DNA of 54,100 nt, counting the filler, from Sphacelaria rigidula (taxonomy: Eukaryota): NCBI GenBank assembly GCA_964200075.2. It is 5 parts of 5 records of this genome, joined end to end, with 100 filler letters (N's around TTAATTAATTAA, not from the genome) between each part and the next. Parts side by side here need not be neighbours in the genome. Positions count along the whole stretch, not along the records: positions 1 to 10,741 come from CAXNAA020005995.1; positions 10,842 to 21,581 come from CAXNAA020005996.1; positions 21,682 to 32,421 come from CAXNAA020005997.1; 2 more parts are not named here. One strand, 5' to 3'. A program made the translations under genes and the position numbers. This document shows, piece after piece, positions 9,433-21,886 of the stretch. Below the pieces are notes generated by a model. The model was given only the letters and a program-made list of their open reading frames with translations. It did no database searches and was not told the DNA's origin. Position 1 is the first letter of the stretch. The number at the start of each line of letters is the position of its first letter.

Positions 9433-10741
9433 TCACCATTGAATACCAAACTCACTCGTAATACGAGCAGCAACGGCACGAGTCTCGCGCAATTTACCAA
9501 ACTCCTTCGTAAGAAATTCCGGAGCGGCCTCAAAAATGTCTTTGAAAGGCTCCCATGTACGCTCCTCAACTTCGAATACAACCCAGTCGACCACCACGAT
9601 CAACGAACGATCATCTGCTTCTGCCACTCGGACAATACCAGCCATATGAAATTGACCCTGATTGAAAGCATGCTGAAACACGTCCTTAACATCAGCCATA
9701 AAACTAAACTGCGAGTCTGCATAAAAACGCAAACGAGCTACATGGGCGGTCTGGAAACGACTCAAAACAATGTTCTGAATCCTAAACACGTGCGGGTGGT
9801 GAGCACTAACCACTCTTCATGGACCAGCCCACGTCGCCATCAACTTGGGCGTAACACCAGGACGACGCACGCGTGCATACAAGACATAGTCGCCTACCTC
9901 AAAATTCGGCAATTCCAGCCCCAACGAGGACCCCTCACGTCTACGCGCACGTTCAGCTGCAACACGTTTCTGCACTTGAACGTGGAAGCGTTCTTGCAAG
10001 TCCAAGACTCCTTGCAATGCACTCGTAATTTTAACATCGTCCAAAACATCACACTTTCATTTCCCCGCCGACGAAGACGCCAGCACCGGGAAAGACATCC
10101 GAGGGGCACGACCAAACATCACGCGGTATGGCGTACTATCCTAACGACGACGATACGCTGTATTAAGCGCCCATTGCACCGCCAGCAACACGTCCATCCA
10201 CTCGGAAACTGCTCTACGTTGCTGGAAAGAAAAAAGAGCGAAACGCACGAACTACTTCCTTGATCATGCGTTCGCACGTACCGTCAGACCACGGAGAATA
10301 CGCTACCGTGAACTGGTGATCAACGCGCAAAGCGTCTCGCAATCGGACCAAGATCGCATTCTTGAAATGCGTGGCGGTATCACTTACCCACAAACGGGGC
10401 ACCTCCAAAGTTTTGCACCAATTCAGCAAAGACGCCGCAGTCGATTCAGCAGTACACACTGCTACTGGTTCCAGAGCCACAAAATTGCTCAAATCATCCA
10501 TGATGACCAAAATGTATCGGAACCCAGCATCCTCCGACAAACCTTGGGAAGCTAGCGGGCCACTCTCGCCCACGTGCAAGAAGTCAAAATGAACGACTTC
10601 ATTCGGCGTGGTCCCATGGACCGTCTCACCGAGCGGGCGGGGAACAACATCGCCCGCCCTCGAGTCAGCACAGTGAAGACACTGGCGGACAAATTCGCGC
10701 ACATTAGTTTCTATCCCCTTCCAGACACAAAACTCTTTCAA
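9433..10741 (-). pseudogene. Ty3/Gypsy integrase with C-terminal chromodomain (chromovirus-like), frameshifted
   Basis: VRQCLHC (end of HHCC), VHFDF, WVSDTATHF, GTCERM, WAGP (GPY/F-like), then VVDW...TWEPFKDI chromodomain-like motif. Confidence 0.88.
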
Positions 10742-10841
10742 NNNNNNNNNNNNNNNNNNNNNNNNNNNNNNNNNNNNNNNNNNNNTTAATTAATTAANNN
10801 NNNNNNNNNNNNNNNNNNNNNNNNNNNNNNNNNNNNNNNNN
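10742..10841. other. Artificial contig linker N44-TTAATTAATTAA-N44
   Basis: An identical 100-nt linker recurs every 10,840 bp and has stops in all six frames. Confidence 0.98.
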
Positions 10842-10980
10842 GGGGGCGGCGGGGGGCGGGGCGCGGGGCCGAGGGCGACGGGGGGCGTGCGCGGGCGTAC
10901 TCATGATCTTGCATGCCACAGTCACCAGTCATCAGACATTTACCTCGCATCCCTACAAAACCGAGACGGAGCAAGCCCGA

Positions 10981-11041
<61 letters not shown>
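10981..11041. repeat. (GT)n(GA)n compound microsatellite
   Basis: Seen directly in the sequence. Confidence 0.95.
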
Positions 11042-11044
<3 letters not shown>

Positions 11045-11167
11045 TACGTAACCTTCCCTCGTGAGGGGACTTGTTGAGGTCACAGTAGATACTATCGAGT
11101 TTGTGCGAGAAGCTGACACCTCAAATTCCTGCCCCTCCCCGAACCCCCTCCCCCCTGACAGACCCAC

Positions 11168-11298
11168 CTGGCTCCGGTACTAACTCCATTGTCGAGGGGA
11201 TTCATGATGCATTTAACTTCCTTAATAACCGGCATCAAGTCGGCCATGACCTTTCTGTTAATCTTGAATACCGTTGTGATCGCGCTCCTGGCTGACAT
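11168..11298 (-). CDS. Probable first coding exon of a mitochondrial ribosomal protein mL53/MRPL44-like gene (remainder not found in this contig)
   Basis: MSARSAITTVFKINRKVMADLMPVIKEVKCIMNPLDNGVSTGA(R), followed by donor AG|GTGGGT. The pattern K-V-x-x-x-N-P...A-R resembles the mL53 N-terminus as recalled from memory. The basic, hydroxylated N-terminus is presequence-like. Confidence 0.5.
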
Positions 11299-13025
11299 TC
11301 TTCAAAAGCTTCCGTGTCTTGTGCCTGAAAGAACACTGCTCTCTCTCTCTCTTCTTCTGTTTTTCTCCTTGAATGCGTGTGTGTTGGTTGTGCTTGTTGT
11401 GCCGATGTATCTGTCCCGGGTGTTATTATAACACCACAAATCTATCCTCCCGCGTCCTTCAGCCCCCCCAGACAATGTTTGGCTGCTGCACGCGGTGACG
11501 TTACAGGATGTGTTGGTGTGGCGTAGTTAGTGCTTCCGTCCAGCCACAAATACCGTTGTTATTTCGCCTGTCGAAAGCCAACGATAACAACGACGACGAC
11601 GGTGACGACGACCACACGCGCGTGTCGTTATTTATGCTCCAGGTATCTTCTGGATTAATCACGGACGCGCCGTGTTGTGCTGTACTTGCGCGCGAGCGGT
11701 GGGAAGGCGTACAGTAAAAGTTTGACGATCGAGTCAGGAATCACGTATGTGATCTGGACTCAAGTAACACAGAACCAAAATAATTTACTCGGTGTAGTGT
11801 TGAAATCTCCTGACCAAGGCAAGTTGGTTGCGAAGACTGGCGGGGTATTCTTCTGTATCCCAATATGCCCCTTGGGTACCTTGGCCTTATATCGACCATG
11901 AGGGGCTGTGAGTGCAGCATTTCACACAACGCCGTACCATTTGATTGGCCAAAGTGATCTACAGGAGCTTTATGATTATTATTGTGACCAAAAGGAGCCC
12001 TGGACATCGCCCTTTCACAGCCTGTATGTGCCAGGCCTTGCGTCCGATTCCGGTGACTCGAACAACTAACGCGACCCAACCGAAATAGTAACACTAACTA
12101 GTGTCATTCCTTTTCAATGATATGGAGGCATTTGACTGGGAAAGGTGTACGTCATTATATACATAGCCATGTTCCGCAGTTTCAAATTGTCTCGAGCTCA
12201 TTTAGGAGGTCATCGTGAGAAGAGGGGGTGGGCACTGTCAGCATCAACGTGGAGAAAGCCGCATCACGCACGAGATCCGTCACAGCACATATCGCAAGCG
12301 ATTGCTGCTGAAAATATGTTTGTGTCCCGTAAAAGAGGGAGAAGTTGGTGCAGGGTCCTCTAGATGCGGGCGCCACCGTGTGCGTATTGATCTTGAAACA
12401 CACATACACGGAATGTATTGCTCGCCGTCTGCGTTCGACACTGCGTACCAACCGCAGCAGTGACGCCTTGGGCGGCAGTACCTATTCACTGCACAGGGGT
12501 GGGTGCAGAATGACAAAGCACACCGCAGAACGTCACATCCTTAGTCTATCCCTGTGCTGTGTGGATTCCCCGCTGTCTTATTACGCAGTTCGTCACAATA
12601 TGACCGCAGAAGCCTGTACTGTGGCCAAAGTGTAGTGCGTGTAGGTACCGACTACAAGCGCGAGTATTACGCGAATTGCAGCAGGACATAGATGCCAAAC
12701 TACGCACAGTACACTTTCTTGCATCATCTACGAACTGACTGTAGAAATATTTCGCCCAGCGCGTGGTATGTTTCCACCTATCATCCAACACGGTGATATC
12801 GTGAAAGAAACCCAAAGATGCGGGCGAAACGCAAGAGGGGCAATCACCAAAAAATCTCACGTACAAACTCCCACCAGTTCACCGTAAGTTGATGTCGCTA
12901 GAAAAACACCAATGCAACCACTTTGCCGGCTGCCAGGCTGTCAGCAACTTGAACACGCTAGCATTGCTACATTCTACACAGGGACGTTGCCCCCTCGCCG
13001 GGTACACTGGCAAGGAGGTTATTAT

Positions 13026-13308
13026 AGTTTGCCGGCCGTGGGCTACAAGTGTCCATGGTTGACACAATTTCACAAGTATCGCTATCCCTAAAACCCTAAC
13101 CCCAACCCAACGCATACCGAGAACCCTCGGGCAAGGGCGGAACATACATTGCCTAGACAAAGTGCGGCGGCGATTTGAACGAAAACGCGTTCTGCGCACG
13201 CGAGGAGCACACGGGACTGTCAGCCCCACTGAAATTCCGATTCTCGTTGTTCACACTCAAATCAAGTAATAGCGACCATAGACATTTGTAGCCCAACGCC
13301 GGTGAACT
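13026..13308. mobile_element. TIR MITE with internal telomere-like C-rich repeats
   Basis: TIR core gggctacaagtgtccatggt / accatagacatttgtagccc. Interior ccctaaaaccctaaccccaacccaa. Internal blocks (cgagaaccct, gggactgtcagcccc) are shared with ~17440-17780 and ~19570-19780 (-). Confidence 0.65.
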
Positions 13309-14138
13309 CTCCTGCCGGCAAGAGTCCGGGGCAGCACGCAGTGGTCGCGCGACGGAAGCTTCACCTTGAACTTTTGAGCGACTTGGACCGGGAACGTCCA
13401 GCCCCCGGCCCCTCAAATATATAACGGGCCATAAACGATGCTTGTTTGCTTGATTTCTGAGGGTTTTCACCTGTAACTGGGCGAAGATTGATGATAAGGC
13501 CGACAGGATTCGTTGCAGCCTGCGGGCCCGACCGATTCCATACCCAGTATAATCGTCATCAGGCAGGAAGTGCTGAAAACAATATGTGCTATCACCGCTG
13601 GTACCCACCGTTTCATTGCAGACTGGGCCCTCAGTGCCTTGCGCGGCTACGGCTGTGCCTGTGACACCTTACTGTAGTACCAATTTGAACATCCTCCAAG
13701 TTTCGGTGCCATTACAAGCGAGGGGTGAACGATCGCGATGCCTAACCAAAACACCACCTCCATCTTATGGAAACGGAATAATACTGTAACGCGAACTCAG
13801 ACCGCGACTATGCGACAACATTGCAAGATTACCAGCGCGCAATCCGGACCGTCTACGTTGACAGAGCGTGCACTAGGTCTTCACGACTTTAATAAAGAGT
13901 GTCGTGTTCCAATTTACGTTGGAAGGAACAGGTACAGCACCAGTACGTGATTTCGGCCCCAAGAGTGATACATGTTCGGGTAATGTACAAGGTATACCTA
14001 ATCGTGTCATTTATTCTCTAAGAAGAAACGTCGGTATGTACACGCTATGAACAACGACGCGTATTCTTCTCTGATTGTTCTTGTCCGCACGATTTGACGT
14101 TGTGTGGTATCATACGTACGTTGTTACCTCTGCAACAC

Positions 14139-14178
<40 letters not shown>

Positions 14179-14579
14179 CCCCCTCCNNNNNNNNNNTTTT
14201 TTTTTCCCCCATTTTGGCTTGGGTGTTGTCCACTCTCCTTTTTTTCCCCCTCCACCCCCCCCCCCCCCCCCCCCCCCTCGCCCCACAATTCACATTTCAT
14301 CCCTCCGAGTCCCTCCGGCGCACCCTCCTTTGTACATGATACATGACGGAGCATAACACCCCCGGTCGGATGATTAGGGAACCTCGATGTTTCTGATGAA
14401 AACAGATACAAGACCTTGCGAACGCTTTCGGGAGACTGCATATCATAATGGCTTCTTGCGACATATTTATAACGCCACGAATTACGGTGACATGAAATTG
14501 CAGTGTAATCGACGTGGTTTCTGCAAAATATAAGGCGGAAAATGACCGTATGCGTGAAGTTTCGTCATCGAAGATACCA

Positions 14580-15100
14580 CAGGAACCGTGGGTTAGGTAG
14601 GTACCCGGTACAGGTATTTGGGACACATCATACCCTACCGATACCGGTCCGATCGGGTATTTTTAATGGGGCAAACCTACGATACCCACGATACCACAAT
14701 ATTTCGAGACGTCAACACAAGTACCTACCGTACCCGCTCGATCGGGTATTTTCAAACGTCATACCTAAGATACCCACGATACCACAATATTTCGAGACGT
14801 CAGTACGAGTACCTAACGTACCCGCTCGATCGGGTATTTTCGAATGTCATACCTACGATACCCACGATACCACGGTATCTCGAGATTTCAGTACTTAACG
14901 TGCCCGCCCAATCGGGTATTTTCAAATGTCGTACCTGCGACACCTACGATACCACGGTGTTTCAAGATTTCAAAACCCACACCTACGATACCCACGCATC
15001 CCACGGTATGGGATATCCCGGTGAATGCCAGGGGTATACCCGGTAAATACCGGGGGGTATATCCGGTAAATACCGGACGCGATGCATTCCACACGGTGCA
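14580..15100. repeat. ~88-bp tandem repeat array (about 4 units), probably subterminal repeats of a non-autonomous DNA transposon
   Basis: gatacccacgataccac starts at 14681, 14769 and 14857, with a variant at ~14939. Flanks are rich in tacc/ggta motifs. Confidence 0.85.
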
Positions 15101-15719
15101 GTAGCTGGTCCCAACTTACGCAAAGGCCAAAAGCTGTCGGCGCAGGTTTGCTGGGCGCTTCACACACATCAGACATTTGCAGCGGGTAGGGGGCTCGTAC
15201 CGACTCTTTTCCAGCGAATATGGGCTCGTTGCAAACCCGTCTCGAAGATAGTGGCGGCGAAGCGGAAGATCAATCCAAGGCAACCTCGTATGCTTGAAAA
15301 TTTTCCGTCAAGATGTCACAATGCACGTAATGTATCAGAAGTGCAGCGTGTCCTCCCTTCTTGATCATCATCTAAGTTCGGAAAACCAGTCACTTGGGGG
15401 GTGTTATACAAAGTAACATAGGCTGAACATGTTGCAAGCGTTTGGTTGTGAAAAAAATCGGATCGTATTACACTGTCAAAAAGCGCACTGAACATATTCC
15501 ACGGGAATTAGCTCATTGTAGCTAATTGAAAGAATATGTGTGCATTCAACGACTCACCAGTTCAGAAGCAGTAAGTAAAAGCTGGGTTGTGCGGCTGTTA
15601 CGAGACGATCACGAGGAAATCTCGATGACTTTTTTACTATTCACTTTCGCTTGATTTCGCAGACCCACACTTGGGCAACATGAGTGTATTTTGGGACAGA
15701 GCATAAGCTCTGACCGTAA

Positions 15720-15830
15720 ATTGACTGATTGATTGATTGTCGCACTATAACTGATCACACATGGGTTCAGTCATCGTCGCATGGTAGACGTACCCAAGAA
15801 AAGCAAAATTGAACTACGCGTTCAAGAAAA
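15720..15830 (-). mobile_element. RTE LINE 3'-end fragment with (CAAT)n tail
   Basis: The reverse complement matches 5290-5387 (tacgtcta.catg...cagtt...tgcgacaatcaatcaatc). Confidence 0.8.
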
Positions 15831-17216
15831 CGAAGGAGGAACCGTGCAACTTCATAATCTCCTCAAGAATGCACTGATTGACGGCTGATCCAAAATAGTG
15901 GTAAGCTATACTAATTTAGGGTAGTTATACAAAGGCATTTTTTTTGTGTATTTACCAAACATGTATTGGTTGTTTTACCCCGGCCGGCTTCGTCATTGCG
16001 GATCAGTTTATACTGTAATGCATGACAATCGACTGACCAAGACATTACCGTTCGACTGCGAGCCTGAACAGCAAGTTCTGTGCTGTTGTGACCACACAGA
16101 ACCAAAGAACGGTCGCTGTGGGCACCTCAACACGATCGGCAATACCCACGAAGAACTGGAGCCTACAGTGTAATTGCTCGCAATAGCACATCATGCTGGA
16201 ACGGTGACACCCCAGCGTCTATCTCTTCAAAGGAAAATAAGGTATGCATCGATCAGCAATGTGTTTTCGAAGATTAACGTTGTTTGTTGATTGATATCTG
16301 GAACCAGGCATGCTGCAGGCATGTGTAAAGAGGATGTGCCTGCCCTCAGCTGCATGCGTTATGGATCGTGGTTATACACTGTCCTCCACTGAGCGTCTAC
16401 CCTGGCTCCCATCGAGCGTGCACCGATGTCAAGGGAATTTAGTCGAAGTGTATCGGGTTTGTGTGAGTTGGACGGGTTTGGGTTGAGTTGAGTTGGAGGG
16501 GGTTTGGGCTGGCAACTTTGGTCTCTTGCTGTTTTTCCCGTGTGCTTGCTGAACAGTCGACGATACCGGATACATGCAACCATTGATCCATCGTCCACAT
16601 TTACATTTATTATTCTCTCCATGTCGACGAGAACCCGCCCGTTCGTTCATCACTTTGTAAAGATACCAGAATGGGCAGGGGAACCAAATTTACGGCAAAG
16701 TGTCGTTCTGCGCGACCGCTTGTAGTATCGTCTAGTGCTCTGTCAACCTGTTTTACTGCTGGGCGTAGGATATACGCTCGCCCAATGCGCACTACGATAC
16801 CTTGAGCTATTTTGTGGGGGGGCAAGTGCAGGGTTCCTCCCCCACCATGAGAACCAGTTGTGGAGATGGTGGCTGCTCTGTCGTGTGTAGAGAAGTTATG
16901 CCTACCTGCGTATCCCCTGTGGCGTGCGTTGTTAATTTGGTACATGTCACTAGCCTAGGCGGCTGCCCGTGACACACGGAGCCAAGTTGAAGGGGGGTGT
17001 TCCAAGCTGCAGCAGCAGCAGCCTTTATGCAGACGGGGGGCATGACTCTATTCTGACCGTTCTCTACTTGTTTTGCCGGTGCAAAAACGCATGAGGTGAC
17101 GGGTGTGGCTGACGCGCCGAGACAAGCAGCAATCCCTGCGAGCTAAAGATCGCACATACAAATATTTCCCCGCAGCCATTTGCCGTCGCTGCAGTGCCCA
17201 AGATTCCCCCCCCCCC

Positions 17217-17274
<58 letters not shown>

Positions 17275-17896
17275 TTTCGGGCCTCCGGGCCCCCCGCCCC
17301 CCCCCCCCCCCCCCCCCCCCTTTCCTCCGCCCACCCGCCATACGCACGCGCGGTCATCGATGCAGGGTGAAAAATGCTCTGGACCGTTGAGTGCAGCGAA
17401 AATACACCTACGCGTACACACAACATCATCTCCAACCCTAGTTATACGGCGAGGTGTCCATTTTGGAGGCTCACGCGTTGGTCGTGAAAATGGTTGAGAG
17501 AGCATTTCTCGGAAATCTTCGAGTTTGAGCCAACGCTAACCCTCATCATAACCATAATCATAACCCCGACCCAAGCCACGCGAGAACCCTTGGTCAAGGA
17601 AAGTAGGAATGTTGCTCCAGGCATAGCTTGCGTTGGCAGACCTCAAATCGGCGCCGATTTGGACAGCAACACGCTCTGGGCAAGCTCGGGATCATTTGGG
17701 ACTGTCAGCCCCGCTGAAGATCCAAATATCGGTTTCCACTCCAAAATCGAGGAGTCAACCATCTTCCGACCAATGTGTGAGCTTTTCTGTCATTTTGGTC
17801 ACATTTTGTGTCAGTGCGGTCTGCTGTTTGCTGTCTTTTCGTTCGTTGAGTTTTCGTAGTTTCAAGTTCCAACCGACCACGTGCATCAAGTGAAAA

Positions 17897-20235
17897 ATGC
17901 AACAGGGTCCGCAACAGTCTAAGAGTCGACGGCAGGGGCTCGTGTACGGAGGGGTGCAAACCCCTCCAAGCCTTGCATTCTCTCCGGTATGCCGGTATGT
18001 GTATTATAATGATCTGAAGGTAGTGACAAAAATTATGGCGAGGAACCTGTATTCACACCTCGCCTGTGTGTGTTTTGTTGTCGCGGACATCGCGCGCCTC
18101 TGCTCTAACTTCGCCCCCTCCCCTTTTGGCGAGCTTTTGTGCCAAACCGGTGCTTCTCTGCTGCCCTTGTGCTTTCTACGTGAAGCAAGAGCGCGCTTCG
18201 TTGCTATCGCACGTGTTCATGAGAACCGTTACCGCTGATGTTATCAGAGGTACTGTATCTCAAACTCGAGGTTCCTGGTATATTTCACAGTAATTTACAA
18301 ACATACGGGAAACCTCGAGTTTGAGATACCTCTATTTATCACTTTAGCCATTCCGCCCCCACACTGCCTTGAGCAAAGCTTCTGGAACGCTTGAGGCGTC
18401 TACCCCACGTGACTACCACAAGTCAATCTGACCGAGCCTCCGGGTAACCGGTGCTCAGACCCCCTTGCGGGGTACGTGCTGGGTCCGGTTTCCTGCCTTC
18501 GTGAAGAAGAAGAAAACAATCACATTCGTCGCCATGTTCCAGAAATCTATATTCTAGCACCCGTGGTCACCGAAGTAAAGGTACATGTTGTTCTGTGATT
18601 TCTGCAAAATCATTGTGTCTGATGAGGGACTGTCTCATGAAGTAAATATGATGGATGGCTACGGTGACCTAGCGAGAAAATGCGGCTGATACTTTCTATA
18701 ATACGATAACCCCCCCCATGAAGAGTGGCTGGTTTGTGGAGGCAAAATCTATACATGAATCGACATGGAAGAAGCTGGGAACAATGAGCAGGTGGGAATT
18801 CGAATGCTTGGTTTCGTTTTCGCCCATGTCGCCCATATGAGGCGCTTCTTGCAGCCTGAAACCGAAATTCAGGGACTGTATGACCACAGTTTTGGGCTGG
18901 TTCGGGCGCGCGGGGGGGTGTACTCACTTGTTGCTTGCCTTGGTTGTCTGACCATTGACCACGCATCCCTTTCGAGACGGAGCACCGTTCCTACTCCTAA
19001 TAGAGAGACTCCTTCAACATTCCGGCGCTCATTACGTTTCTTTCACATACAGTTGTTGTTGTTGTTTTTGTGGGGGGGGGATGTAGTAGAAAGAGTCGGC
19101 CTAGCTTAATCTGCTCAACACTCGTCATGAGTCCAGGTGTGTGTGATTTTGTGTATCATCTCATCTACTCTGGTGGACACCAGTCTACACCTTTCGGTAG
19201 TTGTGGACCCTTCAGCTCGTGTCACACAGGAAGGAGGCCAGCACAGGAGTTGCGTTTTTCTTGTGTGCTCGTTGTACTACAACTTCCTTGAATCTACGAG
19301 TATGGCACAGACAGTGACGTTGACGCAATATTTGGAGAGCAGAAATTACATGAACCTACTCATCACAGCCTCGTCACAGACAGCGTCTTTTGTTGTTTTT
19401 GTCTCGCCGCACTTTTTTGCGGCTCATTCTTTTTTTCTATAAGACAGCGCCCCTGATACCGGAATCTCGCGTGAAATCACATATAGGGTAGTTCATTTTT
19501 CCCCAACCCGCAGCCGAATTTTTAGGTTTGAATAGGTACCCGGTTTGAGTCTAGACTTCCTCCTCACTTTGGGAAGTTTGAGGTGCCGATAGTCCCGGGT
19601 TCTCGCGAGCGTTGCCAGCACGCGCTTGTACTCGGGTCAGTGTCGTGGGCAACCCCAATCTGAGCGCTGCCGACGTAGCCTCTACCCTGGGCACCCTTAT
19701 GTATCCCTGCCCCCTGCCCAAGGGTTCTCGGTATACTTCGGGTTGAGGCGACAGCTGGGGTTGAGGTTGATGTTCCAGCAGTGCTCAAACAAACAAAAAG
19801 TGTCGTGTGTTTAACCCTTCGACCGCGATGTGGGTAGTCCTTCTCGATCATGCGTACTTTTTTCACTTCAAATTGATGCCAATTCAGTAGGTGAACCACC
19901 TACCCTCGCGGTCCAAGGGGTGACCATGGATTTCACGTTTAGGACGAATCACCAAATTCACGATTTCTTCGGCCTGATTCCCTAAAAGGGAGAAAAAAAT
20001 GGACCGCTGGTCCAAGGGATATCCACGCAACTTTTGCGCCATTCCACGTGTCCGGGCTGCTTGTAACTGGCTTGCAACGCCGAAAACGAAGCCTAGGGAT
20101 TGATTTGTACGATTCGAATTAAGTGCACTAAAACCAAGTAATTTACAAAAGAATCATTGATTCGTCCGATCCTTGATGGATTTCAGTGGCGGGTTGAAGG
20201 AAACATGAAAGCGCGACAGTCAATGAATCGTGGAC
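17897..20235 (+). CDS. Tentative multi-exon gene of unknown function (exons 17897-17986, 18673-18791, 18855-18899, 19448-19487, 20187-20235)
   Basis: aaaaATG start. All GT-AG junctions are phase-compatible and give an open reading MQQGPQQSK...FSP|RENAADTFY...TMS|SLKPKFRDCMTTVLG|CAPDTGISREITYR|WRVEGNMKARQSMNRG. Some splice sites are weak and no homology was recognised. Confidence 0.3.
18246..18333. repeat. Short hairpin or mini-MITE with a perfect 19-bp stem
   Basis: gtatctcaaactcgaggtt (18255-18273) / aacctcgagtttgagatac (18311-18329). Confidence 0.85.
18912..18983 (-). mobile_element. Short (~70 bp) copy of the C-tailed element terminal module
   Basis: Near-identical to 37185-37274. Related to 36789-36850 (opposite strand), 10893-10972 and the G-run ends of 858-1159 and 38729-39030. 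Confidence 0.75.
19138..19260 (-). mobile_element. Old truncated copy of the tRNA-derived SINE (3' part)
   Basis: catcta.tctgg...ctacacctttcggta...gtcacacaggaagg...cacaggagt matches the other SINE copies. Confidence 0.7.
19815..19919. mobile_element. piggyBac-like mini-MITE (~100 bp)
   Basis: TTAA|cccttcgaccgcga ... tcgcggtccaaggg. Internal aaattgatgcc motif as in the other copies. Confidence 0.8.
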
Positions 20236-20641
20236 GTGCGTCACATCAGCAGGAGATTTGTGTAAATCCCGTGGAGATTATTTTTGTCGTGTATTTGCAC
20301 GAACGACGTGCACGTGAAGAGCACGCCCACCATTCAGCCACTGTCGGACATGGCTCTTGTACTGTGGGTACTATTGTACCTCTGTGTTACTGTTGCGCAG
20401 TGATGATGGAAAATTGCGGGAAAAAAGAGGCGACCTAAAGTTTTGGTACGAGCTGGACCCAGTAGACTTCTCCACTCGGTAGTTGACAGATAGTTCTCGG
20501 AAATTTCCGGTTTGTGACAGGTGCAGTATTGGATTCTAGTGTGCACATCGAAATCCGGATCTTTGGTGGGGCTATGCTCCTGGCGTGCTCCTAGCGTGCG
20601 CAGAACGCGAGTGGTGAAGTCACCTCGCTGTACCAGCTTGA

Positions 20642-20654
20642 CCCTTAGACCGCG

Positions 20655-20725
<71 letters not shown>

Positions 20726-21284
20726 CGTATCTGTGTGTATCGTATCTGTGTGTTGTCGTCCCATCTATTCTGGACGCCGGGCTACGCCTTTCGGTATGTG
20801 TGGGCGCATCAGCCGGGGTGACACAGAAGGAAGGCTAACACAGGAGTTTTTTCTTCTTCATTTGTTTTTAGTTCTCCACCTTCCTTCGGCGGTGCTTGCC
20901 TTTTATTTTTTAACGCGAGAGGAGTACAGCATTCCCTTTCCCTCGTCGAGTGTAGTCCATCTGGATCATGCATATTTTTCCAATTGAAATTGATGCCGAT
21001 TGGACACATGACCTACTCTCGCTGTCTAAGGGTTAACCCTTTTGGGACCGGACTCCCCGAAACATGATGCTTGCGCGCAGGGGCCTTTTGTGAATCGGCA
21101 TCATTTTCAATCGTTTCCAAGTAAAGATGATGCCGATTCACGGAAACGCCCCTGGATGTAAACGATATGTTTCTGGGAGGTCGGTCCCAAAAGGATTATA
21201 TAACCCTTAGACTGCGACAGTAGGTCATCTGTTGAATCGGCATCAATTTTACCCGAAAAATATGTGCACAATCCAGATGGACTA
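20642..21284. mobile_element. Tandem cluster of piggyBac-like MITEs (20642-21032, 21037-21195, 21204-21284)
   Basis: Units start CCCTT and end AAGGG (or aagga) and abut at TTAA-like sites. The first unit carries a SINE insertion and the third is cut by a TA-flanked element. Confidence 0.85.
20658..20949 (-). mobile_element. 5'-truncated tRNA-derived SINE with long (CA)n tail, nested in a piggyBac-like MITE
   Basis: Matches the 3' part of 22261-22620 and 34449-34835. (GT)n tract at 20658-20722. Confidence 0.85.
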
Positions 21285-21581
21285 CGAGCTGGGCCAGCTA
21301 AGAGTAGGCGCGCACCTCGCTCAGGCGACGCACGGCGAGATATTAGGAGTTGGACGCTGAAATTTTGACAGCAGCTTTTTATGATCGAAATGCAAAAGAT
21401 CACGAGAGCAGCAAAGAGAAAAATGAAATTTGAGGAAGTTATGGGGATTCGAAATCTCAGAAAAAAAAACTAGAAAATGCCATAAGTCCAGGAAAAAAAG
21501 GAGAATCTGCAGCTGGACTCGTTACTTATCAGTTCCTTGGGTGCAGAAGGTCTTCCTGAAATTTCAGTTCAAGACTCGACG
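21285..21581. mobile_element. Tc1/mariner-like non-autonomous element (left end), cut by the contig end
   Basis: TA|CGAGCTGGGCCAGC, the same TIR as 26858-27441. Confidence 0.6.
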
Positions 21582-21681
21582 NNNNNNNNNNNNNNNNNNN
21601 NNNNNNNNNNNNNNNNNNNNNNNNNTTAATTAATTAANNNNNNNNNNNNNNNNNNNNNNNNNNNNNNNNNNNNNNNNNNNN
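21582..21681. other. Artificial contig linker
   Basis: N44-TTAATTAATTAA-N44. Confidence 0.98.
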
Positions 21682-21886
21682 TGTGATTGGGTAGGTCGCT
21701 CGAAGACTTATTTTTTATTATTTCACTAACACAGGGTCAACCCTGTGTTAGTTGGGGTCCGGTCCCAAAAGGGTTAATAGTGTAGTACTTTGTAAACACT
21801 CCACACTACTTTGTACCCTACTGTGTACATTGGTGCTACTGTACTGTTGCAGTGACCACCGTTCGAGTCGTCAATCTGCATCTTGA

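Noticed and set aside
9424-10263. 279-aa plus-strand ORF
   Set aside because: It is an antisense shadow of the Gypsy integrase.
13471-13572. Possible 102-bp minus-strand exon (TTTCAG..GTGAAA)
   Set aside because: It is open in two frames, with no homology and no partner exons.
14140-14280. Poly-Pro/poly-Gly ORFs (also 17205-17330 and 31771-31830)
   Set aside because: These are translations of C homopolymer tracts, one containing Ns, and are likely low-quality sequence.
14630-14995. Regularly spaced repeats suggesting a CRISPR array
   Set aside because: The whole 88-bp unit is repeated with no unique spacers, there are no cas genes, and the context is eukaryotic.
19941-20168. 10-bp TIR GGACGAATCA element (similar ends at ~24634-25110), possibly Harbinger-like
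   Set aside because: The TIR is short and the TSDs do not match cleanly, so it is not supported well enough to list.
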